Shown: positions 40,620 to 54,360 of the stretch, in pieces
Position numbering within the stretch: position 1 is the stretch's first letter
How the letters are laid out: each line of letters starts with the position of its first letter
Assembly (NCBI GenBank): GCA_028023455.1
Contig: JAQFVV010000010.1
Coordinates: 16,244,001 to 16,308,000, forward strand
From: Epiperipatus broadwayi
Taxonomy: Eukaryota; Animalia; Onychophora
Length of the DNA: 64,000 nt
Reading direction: 5' to 3'
Notes under the pieces: generated by a model
What the model was told of the DNA's origin: nothing
The model's input: the letters and a program-made list of their open reading frames with translations, nothing else
The model's database searches: none
Program-made: the position numbers and the translations under genes

Positions 40620-41338
40620 AAAATCGATCTCAGGTCATAACTCTAGCAAGTTAGCAAGTACCGGTTGATGCAAATATTCATTTTTAGACCAAATAAATTT
40701 TAGTTTTGGTACGCGTGATATAGTACAAACATGAATAATCATACCAAAAAATGCATTCAACTCAGTGGGTGACAGATCAACCCACTTCGGTAATGCCTTC
40801 CACTCTGAAACATACCTATTGCTTTCAGTGCAAATATTTTTAAACAAATATATTATTTTGTATAAAAAATAAATGAAATAGATCAGGAATTGAATGAATA
40901 CTCATGGGCTAATGGTGAAATATGATTGAAACCTCAGAGTCAAACACATAAACAGAAAAGTCTTCGTCAGAATCAATCAAAATTACGTTCAGCGGCGACA
41001 GAAATCATTAGTGCAGATAATTTTTTTATACGTTGATAAAATCTAGAAAGATAAAAAAAATTTATAAAATTTTAATAACGTACTTTACAAAAATTGCTAT
41101 AAAAAATCTAATTTTCATCGCACAGAAAAAATTTTTAGACGTACAAAAAGATAGAAAAATGGCAGAGAGAAAGAAAAAAGACCCTAACTGTGACATTATA
41201 CAGTTTGCGCGCTATTGCGGTCGAAATTGCAAACTTTTTTTTTTTGCGGAAATATGCGGTTTTCGGTCCCAAGGGGTTAAAATTCTATGTCCTGTAATTT
41301 TTTCTGGGAATTCAAAATGGCCGTTCAGGTCTCAAGGG
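40620..41338 (-). mobile_element. piggyBac 5' portion with duplicated terminus
   Basis: ORF 40635-40847 (ICTESNRYV..WVDLSPTELNAFFG..PKLKFIWS..P) is a piggyBac transposase N-terminal segment. Two GGG|TTAA termini end at 41276 and 41338. Confidence 0.8.
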
Positions 41339-41714
41339 TTAAAACTATTTTAAAAATAGGTGATTCTCAACTATTGTCATAATTTTTGTTAGGATTATTT
41401 TTCAAAAAGATTGTAAAAAAGACTTAGTAATGTCTTCATTTCTTTTAACTATTCAATTCCATAAGATGCAAAATCCATCTCTCCTTTTTTTTTTTTGCAT
41501 TTTTTAAAGCAATTTTCCTGACTTTGCAGTCTTCATCATTGATCTGTAAATAGTTTACATTTTATTATATATTTCATAATATATCGATATTAATTGTAAT
41601 TTATTTTACTTTTTTTATATTTAAAATTACAGTGGAGCTGTAATATTCACGTATAACTAGTGCTTTGTTGATAAGCTGACATCAATACAATACATAGTGC
41701 TTACTATATTGAAA

Positions 41715-42080
41715 GTATACATTTATTCAAAACATATACAAATTAAGATTATAGTATAAACAAAATTTTAGAAAAATAATAATGTAGTTACTATTAATAA
41801 ATTGAGAAAACACATTTATATATATTTACTGAGTGCATTTTTTACTTATTCACCATTCATTTAAAAATTAATAAAAAACACTACAGTATTTTTTTTTTTT
41901 TTAATGAAATGAACAGTAAAATGTCAGACTGTGAATTTCTTGAACCATTTATTTATCAGAACAAACCAATTTATTGAATGTGTTTTGGACAATATTATTT
42001 TTCTTCAATAATTTTTTTCTCCTATGGTAATGTAATAATCCCATTGTTGGCAGACATAGCCTCTAGTGTTATTTTGATGA
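41715..42080. repeat. Dispersed repeat, second copy at ~52385-52700
   Basis: catatacaaatta..taaacaaaattt..ataataatgtagtta and ..ttggcaga..tattttgatg shared in the same orientation. Confidence 0.6.
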
Positions 42081-42574
42081 TTTTAACAAGTTAACTTCCA
42101 ATTACTGACTGAATCACTCATTTTGAGGCATTATGATGTTGCTGCTATCACTTCAACTTTTTTATTTTATTTTGTGGTTATCATTAATGTTAGTTTGCTG
42201 GTTCACTTTTTTATGTGTATAGAAGATGTCAGTATTGTAGAAATATACAAATAAGCAAATTTCTAAATTCAAAATAAGCCAACACTGCTCTTATTGTTTA
42301 TATTATAATGCAAAAAAAATGACAACACCACTGATTGATTAGCCTCATGATTTTGAGAATGTGCTTTTTTTTTTTCAGTATTTCAGAAAGAAAATTTATT
42401 GATTTCAATAATTTATTTACATATTTAAACTTATTTATGCAGTATATATCTAATATATTTATTTTAAACCAAAAGAATATGTGATTATAATTAGATTTTA
42501 TTTGAAAATATTTGGTTTTAAGAAAAGTCATTAAAAAACTACAAAGCAAAATTTATTATTTTTAAAGTATCATC

Positions 42575-43640
42575 ATCATTAACCATTATCAATCTACTGC
42601 AGAATGAAGGTCTCTCCAAGTTCAATTCATCTTCTCCAATCTTTAGCGTTTCTTCTCCACATCACCCCTGCAACTTTCCTATTTCATCCAGCCATCTCAC
42701 ATGTGGTCTCTTTCTGGGTCTTTTATGTAAATCTCTTGGCATCCAGTTTAAGATTTCAATTGTCCATTTATTATCATCTCTTCTAGTTATATGTCCAGCC
42801 CAACTCCACTTCAGTCTTTTAATTTTTTCAATGAGGTCAGTGATACCTGTTTGTTCTCTTATCCATATATTGCATTTTCAATCTCTTCTTGTTACTCCCA
42901 ACATGCATCTCTCCATACTTCTTTGAGTGGTCTGAAGACTGTATCGCTCTTCTATTAAGTGTCCAAGTAAGTAAAAATTGGTAAAACACATTTATTAAAA
43001 ACCTTTTCAAACATATAGGCATATTTCCTTTTAGCATTTCTACCAAAAGTACTCCTACCAAGTTTAATTCTATGATTAATTTCATCCATTATGTTTCCAT
43101 CTGTATTAATAATCTAACCAAGGTATTTGTAACTGTTAACTTCTAACTCATCATAATCAATCTTTATTTTCATATTTTGAGAAAATCCATTAAACATTAC
43201 TTTAGTCTTTTTAAGATTTATCTTTAGTCCTACTTTCATCTGATAACTCCTGCAACATTTCCTGCAGCTCTAAAGCATTATTTGCAAAAACAACTACATC
43301 ATCTACAAAATCTAAATGACTTAAATAATCTCCATTTACTTTCACTTCTTTGGCCATTTAATCCTTAAAATACTTTTTGTAGCACTGCTGTAAAAAGTTT
43401 TGGAGATATGGAGTCACCCTGCCATACCCTCTTTTTAATGTTGACTTTCCCAGTATCCTTAGGTAATCTAATTGTTGCTGTTGCACTTTATAAATATTTT
43501 TTAAAATATGATAACATCCTGGATCTATACCTTGATGAGCGAATGATATCCTGGATCTATACCTTGATGATCCAATGCTTTTAATCACTGAAGAAATGTT
43601 TATAGAATCAAATGCCTTTTCATAATCTACAAGTATATGC
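42575..43640 (-). mobile_element. RTE LINE 3' ~1 kb (RT C-half and C-terminus)
   Basis: AFDSI, RQGDSISPKLF-like segment, NGDYLSHLDFVDDVVVF, LKWSWAGHITRRDDNKW, RPRKRPHVRWLDE; (gat)n tail near 42575. Confidence 0.9.
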
Positions 43641-44859
43641 TTTCATAAATGCTGCAGAATACATTTTTTAATGAAATTTTAATAAGTTTAATTTTAAATT
43701 TTAAAACATTTTTATTGATTTATATTATGTCAATTAAAATTCAATTTTATTTTAAAAATGTAATTTATATATTTCATTCAATAATTTTTATAAATAGACG
43801 AATATTACAATCCAATATTAGTATTACATATTCAATTTAGTACTTTTTCTATTTTGAAAAGTTCTAATATTTTTTTTTTTATAATGGCTTTCATTTATAA
43901 AGTTTTATTTGTAATAAATATTGTAATGTCAAAATATGATATAGAATAAAGATTTAATTAATATAAATAAAATATTGCAAACACAATCGAAATTGTCATT
44001 AGCCAATAAGAATGGCAGGACTTAGACTTGAATGAGTAATGAAATTATTAAAACTGTATCAATTTTGGAATCTATACAACCATTTATATTTGCAATTATC
44101 TTTTGCTTATTTTTGAGCAAACTTTTCATATTAAGCGCTAAGTTTTCTAATGCAAAACAAGAATAGTATTGTGATTCTTTTTTTATGCTACTACTAAGTT
44201 GGCATATTTTATAGCTAAAAAAATTTTTTTTTTCAAAGTTATTTAAATTTTGTAAAGCTTCTAGATTTGTTTGGAACATTTTTTTTTTTTTTACATAAAA
44301 TACTATGTCATATAAGAACTTTTGTAAACAAAAAGTGAAAAATAAAATGTATGTGCTTTCATCGTAATGTGAAACGGTATTAAGAGAAAGTGTTTTGAAG
44401 CAAAGAAATGGCTGCTGTTATATCTTAAAATTTAATAAATTTATAAATTTTAATGTTTTTATATATATATATTTGATTAGCATATAATTGAAATACAGGA
44501 ATTTCTTAATTAGTGCGGTTAATTAATCCTCCATTTGTATTGCATATATCTAATTAAACTTAAAAACCTATGGGAATAATTATAATGAATACTGGAAAAA
44601 AACCCATTTTTTTTAAAATCCTTTATTTGCTCAAAGTATACATAGATATATTGAAATACACAATAAATTATTAATTGATTTATTGAAAAAAAAAGAATAG
44701 ATTTAAATTTTATTTTTTAGAAGAACAAATATCTAATGTTAATTGAGCAGTCATAGCTTTTTTCCTTTCATCCATAATGTCTATAAACATTTTACAATAG
44801 AACTGTATTAACACTATTTGTACAAAGATATATATAAGTAATTGATGACCGATTTAAAT

Positions 44860-47301
44860 ATATTGATATCATGTCCCTCAATTAAGTAACTTAATTAGTA
44901 TCGCTCTCACGCCGATATGGTCCTGAAAGTATTACTACAGTTTATCACATTTACAACTAAAGACTGGAATAATATACATTTTACAAAAGATGTGAATACA
45001 TTTAATGCGATCTCTTGGTTACAATATTTATTTTAAGATAATCATTACTAAATATTTATTTATGTGGGATTCATTTTTAAAACTAGAGAAATGAGGCTCG
45101 AAAATGCGAGCGAGTCTTTAAAATCAAGAAATTTCATATATTCAGACAGAGCATAGGTTTATTGTTATCATAGCACTACACAGTGATATCACATAGGCAT
45201 ATATTTAACATTAAAAAATGGCAGTACTGACATGATGGCAGCTATGAGTTTGACTCTCTTTTATCCAAGATATTGCTTCAACAATGCAGAGAAAATGTGG
45301 ATAAAGACTCTCTATTCATTCAGAGCGGTTCTTAAATGAGGAGCCAGGTAGGACGTTGTGAAGGACTGGGCACTCAGGATCATCCCAAAGCAGAGCGTAC
45401 CATACACTAATTAAAGATTCCAGTGTAGCGTGACTACCTGTACTTGGAAGTGAAATATATATATATAATGGGTTTGGATTTCCGAATATCCTGTCTGGGA
45501 AGCACCCGAACTATTAGAAGACTAACCTATGCCAGTAATATCAAAGAGCAGAAAACGCCACTAATGACGTTAATATAATTTACTGCCTTTAATAATTTGA
45601 TAGTTATTGCACTGATATGATTTAATTTCTGAACCTGGGATTACATATATATTGTTTATTAACTAATCAAAACACTTCTGATTCTAAAATATCCCCCCTC
45701 CTCCATAATATATAACAAAATAACACCCCACATTTGTTTCTAGATCATGAATATATTCGACCCAAGACTCTCTATGAGGGCATGATCATATGGAAGTTAT
45801 TCAATCATTGTAATAACAAAATAATAATAAAATAAAATTTTATAGCGTTAATAAAAAACATTAATTTTAGCCTAATGAATGAGATAGTAGATTATTTTGC
45901 TCTACCAATAAATAATTCAAATATCTCTTAAAATATATGCATTCTTTAGGCTTCACTCAACCTGGCAAGCATATGCATTTATAATCAGTAAAATGGATGA
46001 AACATTAATAAACCCAATAAAAGAAAAAGGGTTTTATTTTGGGGAGATTAAAGAATGGACTCGTGAAATTGAGTTTGATTGGCATATTAATTTAAGTATA
46101 ACATATAAAATAATAACAAGAATGAATAATTTTACTGCACCAAAGTATGAGAATAAAATAGAAGCATAAAGAAAAACACAGAATGGTTATAATTAGATTA
46201 TAGAGAGTTATTAACATAGTTTAGATTATATTAAACTATGAATCAGTGGGTTTGGGCCATTCCTGGAGATTAGAATATATATATACAGTAGTTAAGATGG
46301 AGTAGACATTTAAATTAGACTTATGAACTAGTTTCATAAAGCACAGAGTCTGATGATGGCAATTAATGATTACCTTTTGATGATTTGAGGATCTGGTGAA
46401 TTTACAGCCCCATGCTTGTGCTTGGCAGTGGATGTTATTAAATTGATCTGGTGACAGGTGGCTTTTCTTCAGGGCTCACTATTTTTCCTATAACTTGGGG
46501 AAGTTCATCAGGTGATAGTAGCTGAATGGCATTTTTTATGAACAAACGATTTTGAAAGATTGAGAAAGGGTGGTTTGATTCCCTCTATATGAGCGTCGTT
46601 AAAAATTTTGACATGTCGAGTAAGTTAGCGACACATTCTTAAAAGAAAATGTTTTTTTTCTGATATTAATTTTCGCTCTATTTATAGGCTGCCTAATTAT
46701 TCCAGGAATGCTATTAAGAGTTGAGGCAATGGCTGTATAGGCTTATCTCGCGTAATGGAATAAGACAAACTATGCTTTTGTTCTGCATTCATCGAAGATG
46801 CAAGTAGTCAATAAGGCTTGAGAATATATTCAAATTTATTTCTAATTTTCAAAATAGATTTGAACTGATAACTGAAACAAATAAATTTCCATTAGTGAAT
46901 TTGAATCTGAAACTAAATAATTTTAATTGAACCAAAGCAATTATTATAAAATTTGAATGGTAGATTGCTTCTGCCTATTGTACTATATTTTCTGAGTCCT
47001 TTCCAGAACCTTCTCAACATGTTGCATCATCTTTCCCACCTTTATATTGAAAATAAAGAAAATTTAAAAGAAAACATATATTATACAAATATTTATATTA
47101 TTAATATACATTATTATACATCCGCACCCTTGATTACTTATGTACGTACGTTTTGACATATATATATAATATCCATATAATATGTAAGAAAACGAGGTGG
47201 GATGATAGGTTTTGAACTCAGCCAGGTGATTGGTTTATACGATGGATCACGAAGCTCAATCTGAATCACAGATTGACTGCTTCAATAATTTTGTGATAAC
47301 A
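44860..47301. mobile_element. Family X copy C (left end missing)
   Basis: Matches A/B at actggaata..ttggttaca, ORF1 start (MAA..P..CF.N, ATG 45235), the tctaaaatatccccctcctcc patch, ORF2 start (MSKF, 46614 minus), ctatttata, and the terminal hairpin gaagc-tcaatctg..cagattga-ct-gcttc. Confidence 0.7.
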
Positions 47302-47780
47302 ATCAATTTGTTTATCTAGCACTGACTGCTTCCCCTGTTAATTTAATATTTCTTATGCCGGATCAGCCTTTAAAATTTTGCAGCGAGCCTTTATTAGCTG
47401 AAAATGTTAAAATATACCCTTGATGTTTTTCTTTTTTCAACGAAGAAAAAAGGCTTTAAGCTTTAATTCTGATGTTATTTTCTTCAATAAGAATGTACTT
47501 CTGATTACAATTTTCCAATTATATGAAAAGCAAATCTTCCATTTCAACCATCAACAGACTTTCTAGTGCATTGCATACTTACTGATGCAGATGCCATATT
47601 GCCTTTTCTGCAGTACTTGTTGGTTCAAAATGGTGCATATGGTTGGCTCGCCTAAGTTTTGGGTTCAGCCAATGTTAGTTTTGCTTTCATCATTATGAAA
47701 TTGTTTAATAATATCAAGTTTAGTATCCAAAGTGATGGGTTTTTGTTTAGTCTTTTTTTTGTGTGTCCATGGCTATGAAG
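47300..47780 (-). pseudogene. Tigger/pogo transposase N-terminal remnant (CENP-B-type HTH)
   Basis: ITLDTKLDIIKQF..ESKTNIG*..TICTILNQ; MEDLLFI*LENCNQK..IRIKAK; NIKLTGEAVSA. Confidence 0.8.
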
Positions 47781-50465
47781 GATGATTTAAAAAGAAAACA
47801 ATAGGAATTTTTTTTTGATGAGAGTAAGCAATAAGTGTGCCACACATCTAGGCTTGACTAGGGTAGCTGGGGTACCCTCAACTGTCAAGTGCAAGTCTCA
47901 TGTCTTTGGTGGATACAGCATCTCTCATGAATTGCCAATTAATTATATCTCTAAGCATTTGCTGCTCAAAATAAAGAGCGCACTACTCAAATTTTATACT
48001 GCATAGTTAAACTATAGTCTCAAAAATTTTTTGCATATTAATTAAAACTGCATACGCAGCTTATTTCCAAACTTAATTCTTAAATATAAAAACTGAATAA
48101 ATAATAACTATACATTTAAACATAGCTATTTTTTAAAATTATATTGTCTGCCTTTAATAGCCACTAATTTTATATCCTGCAATGTAATATATTTTTTAAT
48201 AATAATATAAGATATATTAGTCAAATAACTAATGTTATTTTTTTAATGAATAGTTAAACAATAACTATAAATCTACTCTATAGATATAAAATCATATGTG
48301 ACAATTTTATATGACAGGAATAGAAGCAAATGATGCAGTTTGCTAAAAAATCCCAGATTTCAAATCTCTTAATATGGAAGTAAAATTTCTTTTATGTGGC
48401 TACTCTTATAAAAAAAGAATAAACAGTTGTTAAAAATCTGCAGAAATACAGCATCTGTAGTAAAAACAAAACAAAACAGTATTCTGAAAAAGTATTGATA
48501 ATCATTTATTTAACAATAAACTTACTCTGGCCCAATTAATAAAATATTAAAGTATAGTCTGTACTTATGAAATATATGTAAATAAAAAACAAAGAAAAAG
48601 AAAGTTTCATATTTTTATGAAATAGTTAATGTAGAAAAATAGAACTTGAATTTCTCCTCATAGACTAATAGTCTTTATATGAACATTTTTTAGAATTTTT
48701 TTTTATATGTCTAATTTCATAATTAAGTATGGGTAGAAATTAATCTTGCAGAAACATAGCTCTGTATTAAAAAACTTTTAATATTTATTTATTTAACAGT
48801 AAACTTGCTTGTGTTAAAGAAAAAAGTATATGTTAAAACTGGAAAAATAGAACTTGAATTTATTCTCATAGTCAAATATTTTATTAGGAACATTTTTTCT
48901 AACTTTCACTTAAGTTGATATATATTGAAATGGTGAAATAGTTTGCCCTATATATATACAATCTTAACTTAAATCAGAATTGATATGATTAAGAAGTTAT
49001 AACATTTTGTTTTTATTCTACATTTAAAAAATATAGAATAAATAATCTGAATCAGCAGCAGCTGGCCAAAAAAAAAAAAAAATGGATTTAAGAAGGCAGT
49101 CTCACAGGAATACATCACCTGATAAGAAAGTAAATAATGCTTTTTGAAAAAGCAATGATGAAAATTTAATATTGAAACAATTGCCCCATATGCAGAGGTT
49201 AGTTTGTTTTTAAGCTAGAATATTTACAAAAAAAATTAAAAGAAATAATAAAACAAACTATTCATTAAAAATATAGATGATTCCTGCACTATTTTTTTTT
49301 ATCCCCTTCCCCAAACTAAGTAATTGAGGCATTTGAGATATTAGCTGCATCTTTGCTTGAGACAGAAATGATAGTTGAGTAATTTGATAATACATTAAGA
49401 CCAATTTGGCAAAAGATAATAAAGACAAAACTCAATCTAATTTCCCATAAAAGTATGTATGTCTAGTATACATCTGGCAAAATAATAACTGGATCAATTA
49501 AACTTCTCTAGATAGGATATATTCTTTTTAGCTCCAAATGACAAAACTGTTTTATTTATTTTTTTTTTTGGCCAAAATCATACAAAACAAAATTTTCATT
49601 AAAACCAACTCCGTAATATATATCATCAAAATTTGATATCAAGATTTAGAATATGTTTTCAAGAGTTTTAAATGCCTGCCTAAAATGAACAATGTTGCTT
49701 GTTTTCATTCTAACATTTGAATTTTTTATAAAATGTATTCATAAAGAACATTTCTACAAGTTCATACAAACTAAGCTCTTTCTAGTTATCCTATGTAGCT
49801 GAAAAAAGAAATACAAGTTTCAATTGTTCATATTAATAATATAAGAACTGAAGTGGAAAATTGTTTCATTATAGTCTATATAAAAGTAAGTTTTTAATCT
49901 TAGTTTTTGAATATGCATATTGATTAATGTTCTGATATTTTGTTTTATTGTTAATTTTTTCTCAAGAAACAGTATATTAATTTTTTTTTCATTCTTAATA
50001 AAATTGTGATATAATTTTTTTAGAATTTATCTTACTGTGTATCTTTGCTTAGCTTTTAATCATTGTTTTATATTTTAACGTTGTTTTGTCCTAATATAGA
50101 TATATTTATTTTTAAAATTTTATTCTGCACTCTTAATTGTTAGCTTTTTATAGTTTTTAAATAGTATTTTAAGGTTTTTTTTCTCACTGCTGAATGTCAG
50201 TAGAGAGCTATATTAAGCAAAATATTTAAATCTCTGAGAAAGAAAATTTGTTTCATTCTTGTAGAGATTAAAAGATACATCACAAGATTTGTAGGGTATA
50301 TCGTTGTTCACATATTATTTTACTTTCTGAAATTGGGATGATTATACTTGGTTATGAATAACTGATAATAAAACAGGGGACACCTATCATATTAGCACTC
50401 TATTTTTGATATATAGCACAAAAAATAGAAATATTCTCAAACATTCTTTTATATTTTTTACGCAG

Positions 50466-50484
50466 ATAAAATCTTTAGAAAGTG
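50466..50484 (+). CDS. Candidate 19-nt microexon
   Basis: Long polypyrimidine tract ending tacgcag and a GTG|gtaagg donor. Confidence 0.35.
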
Positions 50485-52867
50485 GTAAGGAATATTTGAC
50501 AGGAAATTTACATCATTTCATAAGCATTTAAGGAGAAATTTAAAAGAAACCTAAATTGTTTGATGTCTTATTAGCTAGAACATTCACTAAAGATATAAGA
50601 ATGAATCTTAAAACTAATTTATACTGGAAGGTAGTAACAAATGTTACAAAGGATTAGTTTTCTCTAAATTTTACAAGGAAAACAGTTGTGGTTGAGCTTC
50701 TATAACAAAGCCACGGACTTCTGTTACAAGTACAATAATGTAGAAACCAAAAGAAAGGGACAGAGTAGAAGTATTATTGTTTATACTTTTTAAGTGCTTT
50801 TTTTTATTTTTTACAATTGCCAAAAGAAACTAATCTATCAATCAGATTGCTTTATCCCAACTATGAAACTTGCCAGAATTATCATATTTTTATAATTATA
50901 AGTTGAACGTATCACATTTATAGATTATTTGAATTTTTGTCATCATAATTATCTCATGATATAAGCATATTATTGTCAAACAACTTGTCATTATTTAAGA
51001 AAATAATGGTTTAATTTACATAAATTAGATAGTCAGGTATTGGCCTGAGCCTTTGCAATCATTGTTGAAAATAAATAGAAAATTCAATATTTTCCATTGA
51101 CATTTCGCAGCAGTTTTTCTTTATAAGAAATAGCATTATATGCCTCCAGATGTGGACTAAATAGTACATTATTCCATTTCATTATTATTGGAATACAAAC
51201 AGTGGTAACACACACAATATTAATAGATATCACAGACTTCTGTTAGTTTATTCAGACTTTATTCCATATAGCATTATAGGATTACTATATATTTTTACAC
51301 ATCATCATGTATTTGAGCAAAGAACAAATTCAAGTAATTCTCATAGAGAGTTGAAATTGGTGGGAAATTTATGCAAAATTTATCAGATTGCATGTAGAAT
51401 AATAATATTAAATGCAGATTTGTTGCAGTTTAAGAAAATTGATTCTTTTAATAATAAATAAATGCTGATAATGTAATGGCTATTATCCATATTCATTGTA
51501 ATAAGAGTTTAAAAAAATCTGTAAATTTTTCTGGACTTATATAAATATACATTATGCATATATAATTTGATAAAAAAAAGTTAAGCATTTTTATTATATA
51601 TATATTGTAGTTATGTTTTTTAATGAATTTGTTTATCCAGTTTGTACTGTAATATAAATGCAATACTTTTTTTAAAAGTAAAAAAGCTTTTAACCTTCAA
51701 TTTAAAAAAACAGGTTTTTTTCCTCCCTTCATAATTTAAGTAAATAAATAAATTTCTTTAAGACGTTTTTAAAAATCATACTAAGTCATACATTAAAAAA
51801 AAAAAAAAATCCAATAAATTTAAACAGTAATTTTTTTGAATTTTTTTTTTTTGCTAATATCGAGCTCCTATTAATTTAGAAATGAAAGAGATCATTTCTG
51901 GATTTCAATTTGATGTAGTGTGCACATATACATATATAGTAGTAATTTAAAATTATACACATTTTAAATTTGCATTTTTTCATCTTTATATTTTATATCT
52001 TAAGTCATTTTTGTACTTGCTTAATTTTGTATAGTCTGATTTTGATATGAATTTCAAATTGATTTTTAAAATTAGCAATTTCTATATGCTTATTTAGTAC
52101 TTCTCAAAAAAATTTGTCTGCATGAATTTATGATGCAAGTCATACATCTATTTTATGATAAGATATATTGGGAATGAATCATTTGAGAGCCATAATCTTC
52201 TATGTTAATGAAAGTACAAAGAGCTGTGATATCTTATATTTTGTTTTTAATTCCCTTCATATACATTATATGTAATAACTTAGATTTTGTTGATAAGTTA
52301 TAATTGTAATGTGATATATATTGTTTACAGTATTGTAAGTTTGCAGTAGTTTTTAACACTAATACTTTTTTATGTGTATAGTGTGCATATACAAATTAAA
52401 TTTATAATAAACAAAATTTAAAAAGATAATAATGTAGTTATTAATAATAAACGAGAGACCTATATTTACATAAATATTCATTGTTTGTTCACTTTCACTA
52501 AAAAAAATACTAAACTTACTGTACATAACTTTTTTTTTTGTAAATAAAATGATTTTCTTTAATCATTGATATATTAGAATAACCCAGTTTTATTGTAATT
52601 TATCACATACTAAAATGATATTCTCTTTCTTGAATAACTTTTCTATGAAGCAATCTTGTTATTGGCAGAAACAATCTTTCCAGTATTTTTGATGTTTTTA
52701 AATACATGCTACTTTGGAATCTGTACCCTTATTTGCAATTACCCATTTCACATTCTTGTAGAAACTTTTCATACAAACTTTAAGCTTTCTGACACAATAT
52801 AAGAATGTTATACCAGATATTTGATGATTTTTTTAAAATCTTATAGGATTACATTTAGAAAATATTA

Positions 52868-53230
52868 TATGAAGTATTGTACTATATCAAAGTTTTGAAA
52901 AAGAAAATTATGTGCTTTCAACATATCTTGAAGAAACATTAGTAAATATGATTTTATACAGTACTTTGAATCAAAAACTTAATTATGCTGTATTTTAAAA
53001 TTTATTACATTTGTGAATTATAATTTTTGTTTTGTTTATATATATATATATTTAGGGAGCCTATATTAAATGAAATATTGTACTATATCAAACTTTTGAA
53101 AAAGAAAATTTGCTTTCAACATAACTTGAAGAAATATTATTAATAAATATGATGTACAGTGCTTTGAATCAAAAACATAACTATCCTATATTCTAAAATT
53201 TATTACATTTACGAATTGTAATTTTTTTTT
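52868..53230. repeat. ~205-bp tandem duplication
   Basis: tattgtactatatcaaa.ttttgaaaaagaaaatt..ctttgaatcaaaaac..aaaatttattacattt occurs twice. Confidence 0.8.
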
Positions 53231-54284
53231 TGTTTACATTTTTTTTCAGGGAATCTATATATTTGAAACAATGTATATTGAATGTTGATACAACATATTA
53301 CTGTGGTTTCACCTGTAGTTTTATATTATCACTTGTTATATATAACTTGCCATATGGATCTCATTTTTTTGATATTCATATAATAAAAGGATCGGATCAT
53401 AAGTTAAAAAAAAATTTTTTTTAATTGGCTAATTTATTGTGAAATATATGATTGATTATCACCAGTTCAGAATTTCTCACTATTGTGTATGTAGTATTGT
53501 TCATATCAGGAATATTATGAACTTAGTAAGCAAGCATATTTTTACATGTCCAGATATATATTGCATATATATTTTATAAAAAATTTAATTTACAGAATTA
53601 ACTATTTGTAGTAATCAAAATATTATCTTTGTAATATATAATAATAAAATGAAATATTAAAATATCAAAGCATAAATCAATAAGCAAAGGCAATTTATTT
53701 TTTATTAAATTGCCTGTAACTCATTTTATGTCCTTTTATTTTCGTATATTGAACTCTCTCAGTGTCACATTTATTTCTTGCATATGTATCTGTCAGTTAG
53801 ATTATTTATTAGTTTATATGTTGAAAAAATATATTTTCAATATATTTTTATTAAAAGTATCTTTAGAAGCGAAAAAGATAAATTTAGAAAAAAAAACCCT
53901 TATAAATATTTTTTTCAGTTATGGATATAAAATGAATATTTCATGTCTTCTGTCTAGCAAGTTTATAACTTGTAACTAGTAGAAAAAGTACAATATACTT
54001 ATAATAACTAAAATATTATTTAAAATAGTTACTTAATATCAGATAAAAGAATTAATAAGAATAAATATTTAATAGCATTAAGTAAAGCAGAAAAACCTTG
54101 AAGTATTAAAAAAAAACTTAAGTGATGAGCAAATCTGTTCGCTTGAATCTACTTTCTATTGTGCAAACATCAGAAATCTTTATCCCCCCTCCTAATTACA
54201 ACTTCTATTTAGAAACAATAAATGAAATTAAAATATATGCCACATATTTTATTAAAGCTGTTAATAAGTTCAAATACTGGAAGT

Positions 54285-54360
54285 GATCTGACCTGAAATC
54301 AATCTGAGGACCTTCCACTCCAGAACATGATATTCTACCTTTGCACTAAACCATCAGGTT
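54285..54360 (-). mobile_element. tRNA-derived SINE head (decayed)
   Basis: Minus strand tggtttagtgc (A-box-like) .. aggtcctcagattgatttcagg (B-box-like). Confidence 0.4.

Noticed and set aside
44927-44935. Circovirus-type nonanucleotide AAGTATTAC in copy C
   Set aside because: No flanking stem, absent from the other copies, no Rep motifs; expected by chance in AT-rich DNA.
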